Source: Convolutriloba macropyga (Eukaryota). From it: 64,000 bases of DNA. The notes under the pieces are model-generated. The model worked only from the letters and a program-made list of their open reading frames with translations, was not told where the DNA came from and did not search any database. The position numbers and the translations under genes were made by a program. Shown here piece by piece: positions 14,263 through 23,227 of the stretch (position 1 is its first letter; the number at the start of each line of letters is the position of its first letter). The stretch lies in assembly GCF_964194025.1 (NCBI RefSeq), contig NC_134469.1:1798001-1862000 (forward strand), in the 5' to 3' direction.

Positions 14263-14682
14263 CTGAACAAAGAGTTGCAATTCAAATTAGATAAATAAGT
14301 TGAAACAATTTTTAAGATCTGCGTGATTCTTTAACTATGAAGAATTCTTTAACTTTACCTGACCAAAGTGGGGAGAATAGAAACATATATTTCATATCTG
14401 GAAAACAAAAAATGAGCTGTTGAAAATTGATTTATTAAACTGGTGATCTGTTGTTTTATAAACCTAGTCATGGTAACCAAGTTAATTCATTCCGCAAAAA
14501 GAAAAAAAATTAACTATAAAATAAGTTGAAAGATCTGCGTGACCTGCGTGATTCTTTAACTACTTAATGTAGCAAAACTAAGATCAAAACTATGTTCAGT
14601 ATTAAAGATTAAGTCAAATATCTTTTAAATGGGTGCTTAAGAAATCTCAGCTCTCTTGTCCACTTCAAATGGTTATCTTGCA

Positions 14683-15830
14683 TGATCCTAGAAGAATCTT
14701 GCAAGATCATCATTCGCCTTGCAAAAATCTTGCAAGATCCTAGAAGAATCTTGCAAGATCATCATTCGCCTTGCAAGAATCTTGCAAGATCCTAGAAGAA
14801 TCTTGCAAGATCATCATTCGCCTTGCAAGAATCTTGCAAGATCCTAGAAGAATCTTGCAAGATCATCATTCGCCTTGCAAGAATCTTGCAAGATCCTAGA
14901 AGAATCTTGCAAGATCATCATTCGCCTTGCAAGAATCTTGCAAGATCCTAGAAGAATCTTGCAAGATCATCATTCGCCTTGCAAGAATCTTGCAAGATCC
15001 TAGAAGAATCTTGCAAGATCATCATTCGCCTTGCAAGAATCTTGCAAGATCCTAGAAGAATCTTGCAAGATCATCATTCGCCTTGCAAGAATCTTGCAAG
15101 ATCCTAGAAGAATCTTGCAAGATCATCATTCGCCTTGCAAGAATCTTGCAAGATCCTAGAAGAATCTTGCAAGATCATCATTCGCCTTGCAAGAATCTTG
15201 CAAGATCCTTGAGGAATCTTGCAAGATCATCATTCGCCTTGCAAGAATCTTGCAAGATCCTTGAGGAATCTTGCAAGATCATCATTCGCCTTGCAAGAAT
15301 CTTGCAAGATCCTAGAAGAATCTTGCAAGATCATCATTCGCCTTGCAAGAATCTTGCAAGATCCTAGAAGAATCTTGCAAGATCATCATTCGCCTTGCAA
15401 GAATCTTGCAAGATCCTAGAAGAATCTTGCAAGATCATCATTCGCCTTGCAAGAATCTTGCAAGATCCTAGAAGAATCTTGCAAGATCATCATTCGCCTT
15501 GCAAGAATCTTGCAAGATCCTAGAAGAATCTTGCAAGATCATCATTCGCCTTGCAAGAATCTTGCAAGATCCTAGAAGAATCTTGCAAGATCATCATTCG
15601 CCTTGCAAGAATCTTGCAAGATCCTAGAAGAATCTTGCAAGATCATCATTCGCCTTGCAAGAATCTTGCAAGATCCTAGAAGAATCTTGCAAGATCATCA
15701 TTCGCCTTGCAAGAATCTTGCAAGATCCTTGAGGAATCTTGCAAGATCATCATTCGCCTTGCAAGAATCTTGCAAGATCCTTGAGGAATCTTGCAAGATC
15801 ATCATTCGCCTAGCGAGAATTTTGCAAGAT
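14683..15830. repeat. 52-bp satellite, about 22 copies, built on the palindrome TCTTGCAAGA
   Basis: Unit gatcctagaagaatcttgcaagatcatcattcgccttgcaagaatcttgcaa, nearly invariant; variant gatccttgagg in four units. Confidence 0.95.
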
Positions 15831-16615
15831 TACTATTTATCCAATATGCAAATATGCAAATAATTGGAGAATGCCCGAACAGGACCAGAGAAATAGGAAT
15901 ACGTTGTTTCTCAAGGAAGCTATTTTCACAGCAACTTAAAAGCTTACTAAAGTTCAGACAATATCAACTTTGGCTCTTAAAAAATAGCTATAGTTACCTT
16001 CAATGCCCACAGGTAGAAATACCTGCAAAAATGAGACGGTAGCTTACGTTGAATAACAAGAGCCAGATGAGCCCGGACTTAAATGGGTCTCGAAACATTT
16101 CAGCGCTGAATCACCCTTTATCAATTGTAAAGCCCAAATTAAGTTATAAACATTGCTTATCAAGTGTATTTTAAGTTATGGGTCTTTCCCATTATTATCC
16201 TCAATATGACGAAATTGATGGCATTGAAGTTCAAACCTACGTTTGCACATATTCACAACAAAATTTTGCCGAAAAATCTCTTTTGTTTAAATAACAGAGG
16301 TCCATGCTTTAAAGCCCCCCCCCCCCACCAGCTTAGTGGTCAGGTAACGTAAAGCCCCCCCCCCCACACATCATGGTAATTGTAGCAAAATGGGTGGTGG
16401 ACTATAATTTTGTGCCAGTTTCATTTCAGAGAAAGCAGATCTCCTCTGTTTCTCTGCAGCTCAACAGGTGTTTGTCATTTGAAGCCCAAAGCGCACGTGC
16501 TATGTTAACTTCCACTGATTTACTATTTAAAAGAAATTTGAGACTAATGTTGTATAAATTACTTACTGGAAGGGAGTTTTATTCAGTTTTTTAAAACAGT
16601 TTCTTATCGCTTTCG

Positions 16616-16792
16616 GGATCTATTCTGTACCCCCCCCCCCCCCCCCCCCGAGTGTTTTTTATGACCGCCAGTTACAAATTCTATTTTGTTATATAGCACG
16701 TTACTATGTAAGAAAATAGCACGTGCGCCTGGGGGTCATAAGAAATTTATGCTTACTAAGCTGGGGTGGGGGTGGGGGGACAGAATAGATCC
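16616..16792. mobile_element. MITE, same family as 3924-4111
   Basis: GGATCTATTCTGT...CAGAATAGATCC ends, shared internal gcacgtg and ggggtcataa motifs. Confidence 0.7.
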
Positions 16793-17173
16793 GTTTTGTC
16801 AGCATGACTCGAAATTGCAAATCACACTGAGTTGTTTGCTAATAACAGTCAAAATTTATTGTTCTTGATTGTTCACTAGCGTAAATTGTAACCAAAATTG
16901 CCATCGAAAACCCGGTGGATGGGGGGGGGGCGTTCAAAGTTTCCGGACGCGAATTGTCTCTCAGAACAAGATAACGTCTGCCTGATTGTAACTAAATTCA
17001 ACAACCGTTGTGGTCCAGGAACTTCAATTTTGACAGGTCCATGTGAAAAAGTGAAAAATCTTTTTTTTTAAAAAAAATAGTTTAACTGAGGCTATTCATT
17101 CAATGTTATCCAGACCTTCTAGTGAATGCAGCTTTTGAGAAAAATTTTAGGTGGCACTTTATGCAAGTGTAAT

Positions 17174-17364
17174 CTGTCCCATAAAGTTGAAATAAGCGAA
17201 CGTTCGAAAAACGCCAAAAACGTGCAATTGAGCATCAATGTGCTCATTTGAATGTGCACGTTTTTTCCATTAAGCTTTCATTTGTCCATTTTTTTGTACA
17301 TGTTTTAAAATTGAAATTCGAACTTTGAACTCAAACGCTCGCTTATTTCAACTTTATGGGACAG
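17174..17364. mobile_element. MITE with ~25-bp perfect TIRs
   Basis: CTGTCCCATAAAGTTGAAATAAGCG...CGCTTATTTCAACTTTATGGGACAG. Confidence 0.75.
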
Positions 17365-19037
17365 GCTATGATCTTTTTTATTTTGTTGTTGAGTACGACC
17401 GTCACGCAACGAACCCGTGTAATGAAACGAGTAAGGGAAAGAGTTAATTGAGTTACAAAAGAGTACGCATGATATCAGAGACAAAGTAAGAAAAGAACCC
17501 TAACGTTAAGATGGCCACAGTCGTAGCCGTAGTCCAAAACTAAAGCCAAATTTGCAACTGTTTTCAAATTTTGCCTGACAATTACTAATTTGTAATTATT
17601 TATCTCTTCACAAGGCCCAATTTACGAGTTTTTATAAGTTTCTTTTGAATAAATAAAGCTGTAAAAAAAAATATTTGCTGCGCACAATATTTAATTTCCT
17701 TTCCAAGTAATGAAAATAATAAGTCGTCGAAATGTAGTTGCTAAAACAACCAAGTATATATCGGTTCATTGCCTCGTCGAATTGAAGCTAAGAGTTATGC
17801 CCAGAATAAATAATTACTGAGTAGAGAATTAATGAACACAATCAAATATTCTCCTGTTATTCAAATTTAAGAATCATAAACAACTTACAACAGTTGGAAG
17901 AATCCCGAATCCACTATGTCAGAGTAATTTAAGCTAATCCGAAAGATCGATTAATCGCTCTTTTCAACACTTTTTTTCTTCTTCTAGGAAAGTTGAACTC
18001 ACGCGTCAACTTCGTCTCTCCAACTATAACGAACTTATTTAACGAACTACTGCTTTTCAGATTCGCCAATCTCTCTCTGGTAGTTTTTCTGGTGCCTAAG
18101 GGTACTCAACCTTATCATTTTTTTTATCAGCAAAACGTAACGTGTCGTTCCTTTTAGAACATTCTGACCTAACGTCTAAGTGTTATAGTTGGCGTGGAAG
18201 GTCAGTCACAAGATGCCGCTTATCTTATGTTGATGTTTGTTCGAGATGACCGGAGCTGCCTGTTTATCTCGGTTTGATATTTTCAGAATATGGCACAATC
18301 CATGTTTCATGCTGAGCAATATGTGTGCAATTTTTCGCACGCTTGCTTTTTCCTTCCTAAGTAACGAATACGCATCCAATTTAAACTATGATACCTTTGT
18401 TTCCCATTTAGGCTGGAGTAATGTTCCGTTCTAAATAAAACTTTAACCGTTTCCTTAGAGTCATCAATAAAAGGAAAATAAAACTTAGCTCTTTCTGTCC
18501 CTTATTCCATTGTAGAATAGTTTCAGTGCTAATACTTTGGATTGACAGGTAATTTATCTCAACTTTCCACTCTGAACGAGGCCTTGGTAAAATGTTTTGA
18601 CTCTAGAAAAAATGTCGCTTCTTTCAAAGGAGTATAAGAAATTGGCCTTTCATCTATTTTCTATGTTTTACTTTAAAGGCCAAAAGAACGGTTTCGAGTA
18701 CCGGAAAAAGCCCGTTGTTTTTTTCAATGTGTAAGGAATTGTCCTAGGAGTGATCAGTTAAAATTTCATGGTGATCGGACTTGAGGAAGTAGAGTTTTCA
18801 AGACTTGCGGGGAGGGGTGGTGAAAATGCGGACGCCTGTATTTGGGACAATTAGGGCCCTGAAGCAGTACCAAAGAGTGGCAAATCAATATTTCATGCTC
18901 TGATAACTCAGTCAATGTGCGCACGCCATTTCTTGTTTGCCAATGATCTTATGCAAATACTAGCAAATCACCAACTAGCAAATTCATTAAACCTTAATTC
19001 CTACTAGCTTTGATTTACCTACTAACTTAGAGCGCCG

Positions 19038-19931
19038 ATGGATTTCCAATTGTATCAGTCTATTCTCAATTTTCATCGTCGTGGGACAATTCCAAAAGAT
19101 GTAAGTATTAATCGACAGAAAAGGCACCGTTTTAAACAATTATGTAGTCGCTACAGCAAACCCAAACTAACTCTTTTTAATAAAAAGACCGGACTCAAAT
19201 TATTGCACTCAAGGAGTGCAAAATTTATTATCCAAAAATTAAATCGGGCCCACGAGCATATTAAAGCAGTTGGGCTCGAACGGCTTGTTAAACAATCTTA
19301 TGATGCCCAGGGAGCCCAGCCTATCGTTCGAGAAGTAGTACGTAACTGTGATTATTGCAATGAAAAAATTACTCATCGCCGTTTTACCGGTCCCTTAGTT
19401 CATGCTTCTCGCCTTACACTGGATAGAATTTGTTATGAATTAGACCTAGTTATTACCGAAAGGCCGTTACTAGAAAAAAATTGCTTCAAGAACGCCCCTT
19501 CGTTAGATCCTACTTCTTTTATCCCTAAAACCGTGGACACTATTGATCCCGATTACAATTGCGTGTGCGCTGCACTTAGCACAATTCTGACCGGAAACCC
19601 TAATCAAGGCGGAAAAATTGAAGAAGTAATTCGTTCTTTACGAAAAGAAGGCCCGGACCGCCACTTATTAAATCTGATGGGCGCTGCCCCTTTTATTAAT
19701 GGCGCAGATGATCTTAATTTCGTTACAACAACAGATTTGAGAATGCTATCCCGAACCTTTAGAACTAATATTTATATGTTTTATGAGACCGATGAGTTCG
19801 AGCAAGCCCACTGGGATTGCTACACTGGAAATAAGATGGGCCCAAATAGAGGAAGAATTTACTTAAAGGCCGGCATGAGCGGTGGAACAATGCTTTGTTT
19901 TATTGTTACTCGTGTTAAGCAAAAAAAATGA
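19038..19931 (+). CDS. Second copy of the HHCC-OTU ORF (3' LTR), probably inactivated
   Basis: Eight amino-acid differences from the 310-aa copy including H69N and H286L; a 1-nt shorter A run alters the C-terminus (297 aa). Confidence 0.65.
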   Translation: MDFQLYQSILNFHRRGTIPKDVSINRQKRHRFKQLCSRYSKPKLTLFNKKTGLKLLHSRSAKFIIQKLNRAHEHIKAVGLERLVKQSYDAQGAQPIVREVVRNCDYCNEKITHRRFTGPLVHASRLTLDRICYELDLVITERPLLEKNCFKNAPSLDPTSFIPKTVDTIDPDYNCVCAALSTILTGNPNQGGKIEEVIRSLRKEGPDRHLLNLMGAAPFINGADDLNFVTTTDLRMLSRTFRTNIYMFYETDEFEQAHWDCYTGNKMGPNRGRIYLKAGMSGGTMLCFIVTRVKQKK

Positions 19932-20020
19932 GAAGTAAGTTGTTCAATTTAGATGACATAATTTATTAACCCGGACTAGCACACACATGACAGATATTTA
20001 AGTTAAATTAAAGTTCGCTT

Positions 20021-20374
20021 TTACACTGCATATGGACGCTCGATTTGCACTTTCTTCTTTATTTCCAATAGCGCTTGTTGCTCGGCTTTTTCGTTGTCAG
20101 ACAAGTCGCTATCACATGCCCGTTGATGCTGTTGTTCGTGTTGCTGTTGTTGTTGATCGTTTGGTGGCTGTTGTTGCTCGCTTGATTGCTGGGATTGATC
20201 ATCTGATTTCGCTGCGAGGTTCTTCTTTCTATTGTTAGACTTGCCGCTTTTTGTTCGCCTCTTTGCCTTCGTTTTGGAGTTTCGAATATGCTCTGCCCGT
20301 GGCGTTTTGCCAGCCACTGGAGGTAGTTTTATCGGGGCCTTTCCATGTCGCGCTTGAACAATTTTGCCGTCCAT
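20021..20374 (-). CDS. 3' LTR copy of the 117-aa ORF
   Basis: Same translation as 33924-34277. Confidence 0.55.
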   Translation of the reverse strand: MDGKIVQARHGKAPIKLPPVAGKTPRAEHIRNSKTKAKRRTKSGKSNNRKKNLAAKSDDQSQQSSEQQQPPNDQQQQQHEQQHQRACDSDLSDNEKAEQQALLEIKKKVQIERPYAV

Positions 20375-20871
20375 ACTGCGAGTAAGTTATATTTTAACGC
20401 CTGGCGAACAAGGGTAATAAGGGGCAAGGCCAAAAATAGCAATTAGCTATGTTCAGTTTTTAATGACCAAAAAAAGGGCACCAAATTGATTTCCTTTGAT
20501 TGGAGTTTCAGCAGGCTAAGTTTTAAAGTGAATGACCCCGAGGTTTTCCAACTCGAATAAACTTGGTCTTATTTGCCTTGCTCTAAATTGCGCCACAATT
20601 TTGTATGCCTCTTATCAGGTGTTATTTGCCGTGCAAAACTCCACTTTTGGTATTGTTGGTCATTTGTGTGCTAATTCGGTCTTATCTTTGTTAGAACAAG
20701 GTATTTGAGTCCTAAGTGTTTGATTCATTAGCCCTAATGTTAAGGCGCATATTTGTATTTGAGACCTGTCAAAATTAGGGCCTATTTATTTTACCCGCAA
20801 AAGTTCGGTGTGAAAGATAAAGTAGCGACTAACAAAGGTGTCAATAAACTACGCAGAAACTAAATTCTACA

Positions 20872-20883
20872 CCCTTCCCTTCT
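20872..20883 (-). promoter_or_regulatory. Polypurine tract
   Basis: AGAAGGGAAGGG on the minus strand directly abutting the TG of the 3' LTR. Confidence 0.85.
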
Positions 20884-21184
20884 GCATCATTATTCCCCCG
20901 AACAATCTTTGAGAAAGTTGCTCTAAGTGTAGGTTAGTTTTCGCCAGGTTCTACAAAGTTTGTGGTGGTGTTGAACTTAATTAAATTCAAAATTTGTTCC
21001 TTTTAGGAAATTGAATAACCGTCCTGTCGGCCCTCAAGTGCTTGAAATATTTTTATTCTCCCCTTGCATCTATCTGCACCAGTCAATTAGAAGGGTATCT
21101 TATATAGTAATTTTTTTTGCGTTGACAGTTCTTTTTTTTCAATTTCTACATGGTTTTCATGTGTGTTTTAGTCCTCAAACAACT

Positions 21185-21499
21185 ATGGGTAGCTTGTCGA
21201 CAGCCATTGCTGGATTTGGGGAGTACCCTGTCCGATTCCAGAATGATAAGGCGGTTGGTTTCACGGTCGTCTATCTGGACCGGACAAGGGCCATGAACCC
21301 CAGTGTTTCCAGAATTGTCGTCTTCAAGCAAGGCGGCGAAAGCGTCGAAGTTAAGCCGGAATCTTCGGAGCACCGGGACTTTGTGCGGGAGCTGCAGAGG
21401 TGGGATGAGGAATTGGTGCTGATGAGGCCAATTCCACCCGTCTATTTTCAATGCACCCACGCTATCAGTGCCCTCAAAAGCCGGTGTACGATGCAATAG
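21185..21499 (+). CDS. Antisense accessory ORF, 104 aa from the first ATG, MGSLST N-terminus
   Basis: GC-richer island starting at ATG 21185 inside the listed ORF 21011-21499; Gly2/Thr6 fits the N-myristoylation consensus. Confidence 0.45.
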   Translation: MGSLSTAIAGFGEYPVRFQNDKAVGFTVVYLDRTRAMNPSVSRIVVFKQGGESVEVKPESSEHRDFVRELQRWDEELVLMRPIPPVYFQCTHAISALKSRCTMQ

Positions 21500-21782
21500 C
21501 CTTCGTGCCACCCACCATCATTGAAAGGCCGTGGCCTTTCTCGACGCCACAAGATCGGCCGAACTGGTGGGTGGTAGACGAAAACTGAGTTTGAGTTATC
21601 TAAACTTGTAATTCTATCCTTAAACCCCTTTTAAATCTATGCTGTTGCTACTTTAATTCAGACTCTACAAACTGTTTGTTTTCTCTAAGGATATAATTAT
21701 AAATATAGTTAGCTTTGTATAAAAATTATCAAGAAACGGCAGAGTTCAATCCTTTTAGCACGAAGTCCATATACTACTTTAT

Positions 21783-22091
21783 TTATTGGTTTTTTCCCCA
21801 CATCTTTGGCGTCCAAGTGATTATCTTCTTTTCCGTTTGCGTGGACACATCCTTCAAACAAGGAGAATAAAGTATTGATTGGAATGCGGGTAACGGTTCA
21901 TTCGTCAAAGGGTTGACCCACTTAGATAACATAGCCGACTTAAATTCTTTGCCCGCCGCACTATCCAGTAAAAGCAATAATTCGTTTTCGTCTTCAAGTT
22001 GTAAAATAACAAACCTATCCTCGCAAAATTGTACCCGCTGGTATACGACAACCCAATCCAGAACTTTCGACTCCCAAATTAGAAGAACCAT
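21783..22091 (-). CDS. Accessory ORF, 102 aa, possible divergent U-box with a TQT motif
   Basis: ATG ORF containing GKEFKSAMLSKWVNPLTNEPLP and KDVSTQTE. Confidence 0.45.
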   Translation of the reverse strand: MVLLIWESKVLDWVVVYQRVQFCEDRFVILQLEDENELLLLLDSAAGKEFKSAMLSKWVNPLTNEPLPAFQSILYSPCLKDVSTQTEKKIITWTPKMWGKNQ

Positions 22092-22270
22092 GATGAAAAT
22101 GTTGTTGTTTTTTTAGGGATTATAGCTTTGATAGGCGCTGATTTTGATCTCGGGTTTTGTGGCCAAATGTATTAGTTACATTCCAGATAACAAACTTAAA
22201 TAGAGATAAATTTTGACCGCTTAAGTTGGACCGATCGGTTATATTTAATTGTCGGTTAAATCGTCGCTGC

Positions 22271-22807
22271 TCACATCCTCCCATTCACCTTCACCTTCTC
22301 GATTGTCCCGACGTGCGTAGAAAGGAGGCATCTCAGGTCCACCTTCGTTGCTAACATCTTCTTCGTTTCGGAATCTGGCTCCGCTGCCGTGGAGTCAGAG
22401 AGAACCCTGTATATTTCCACCGACGTATTCGCGTCTTCACGTTCTACAGGTCGAATAATGATTTTTATTCGTTCATTTGGAGCTAGAGGTCGATGGAGGG
22501 AGTACTTTACTTGGAATGAGTTTTCTTCTACTGAGTAGTCTTGGTCAAGGGTACCTGAATTATCCTCCGGTTTTCTATCCTCCACTAAATCCATAGTCCC
22601 CGCCTCGATAAGTAGTCGTGGTTCTGTTGACCAAGGGTTCGAAAGAAAGCAGTGGAACTCATAATACTCTGGTTCCCCAACTTCCAGAAGAATTACGTTC
22701 CCATCTATAAGATCCACCAAATGACCGTTCCATGTATCTTTGACGTCTCTAATTTTAAAAAGACGGCCAAGAGTAAAGCAGTGCCATTCGAAGTGTGTGC
22801 CACTCAT
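22271..22807 (-). CDS. Accessory ORF downstream of env, 178 aa, unknown function
   Basis: ATG-initiated, coding-like composition between AT-rich spacers, same strand as gag-pol-env; no recognised motif. Confidence 0.6.
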   Translation of the reverse strand: MSGTHFEWHCFTLGRLFKIRDVKDTWNGHLVDLIDGNVILLEVGEPEYYEFHCFLSNPWSTEPRLLIEAGTMDLVEDRKPEDNSGTLDQDYSVEENSFQVKYSLHRPLAPNERIKIIIRPVEREDANTSVEIYRVLSDSTAAEPDSETKKMLATKVDLRCLLSTHVGTIEKVKVNGRM

Positions 22808-23227
22808 TATTAGTACCTAGCGTTGAAACTCACTGAGGGTAGAATGATTTATTTTCTGTGTCAACTAATTAACTCAAATTTTACGGGTTCTCTTATCTAT
22901 TTAACGTTCGTATGCTTATCGTTCCGAGTTGAACTGTTGGCCGACCTCAAGTTCGCTCAGCCAAAGGGCGCAAGTGAAATCTTAGTGGTATCGGGATTTG
23001 TCGAGTACAACATACAAGTATTTAACTGTACAAATGAGTTTATAAATGAAAGCACCGGAATACTACTCATGAATAAAATCAAAACTGATTTTCCTAGTTA
23101 CAGTTAAGGGGTGATAGAACCATTTAAAGCACTTGTCTTAACAGGGTGGGCGAAAAAAAAATAGATACAAGTGGATAACTAACAGTTTCCGTTGTCATCG
23201 GCTCACTCTTCCCTTCACTTCTACAGT

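Larger units (their letters stand above)
17655..20871 (-). repeat. 3' LTR, lacking the distal ~140 bp
   Basis: Matches 31567-34774 with about 30 differences counted by eye. Starts with TGTAGAATTT on the minus strand right after the PPT. Identity stops at 17655. Confidence 0.9.

Noticed and set aside
15083-16042. Repetitive ORFs (QESCKILEESCK...) and a possible CRISPR-like array
   Set aside because: Products of the 52-bp satellite; no unique spacers, and the context is eukaryotic.
21146-21511. 121-aa minus-strand ORF overlapping the antisense accessory ORF
   Set aside because: GTG start and no motif; the plus-strand ATG frame fits the GC island better, though this is not proven.
23205-23226. 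TGTAGAA plus a purine run just after the env stop, resembling an old LTR start or second PPT
   Set aside because: The purine run follows rather than precedes TG, and a 7-bp match is expected by chance.
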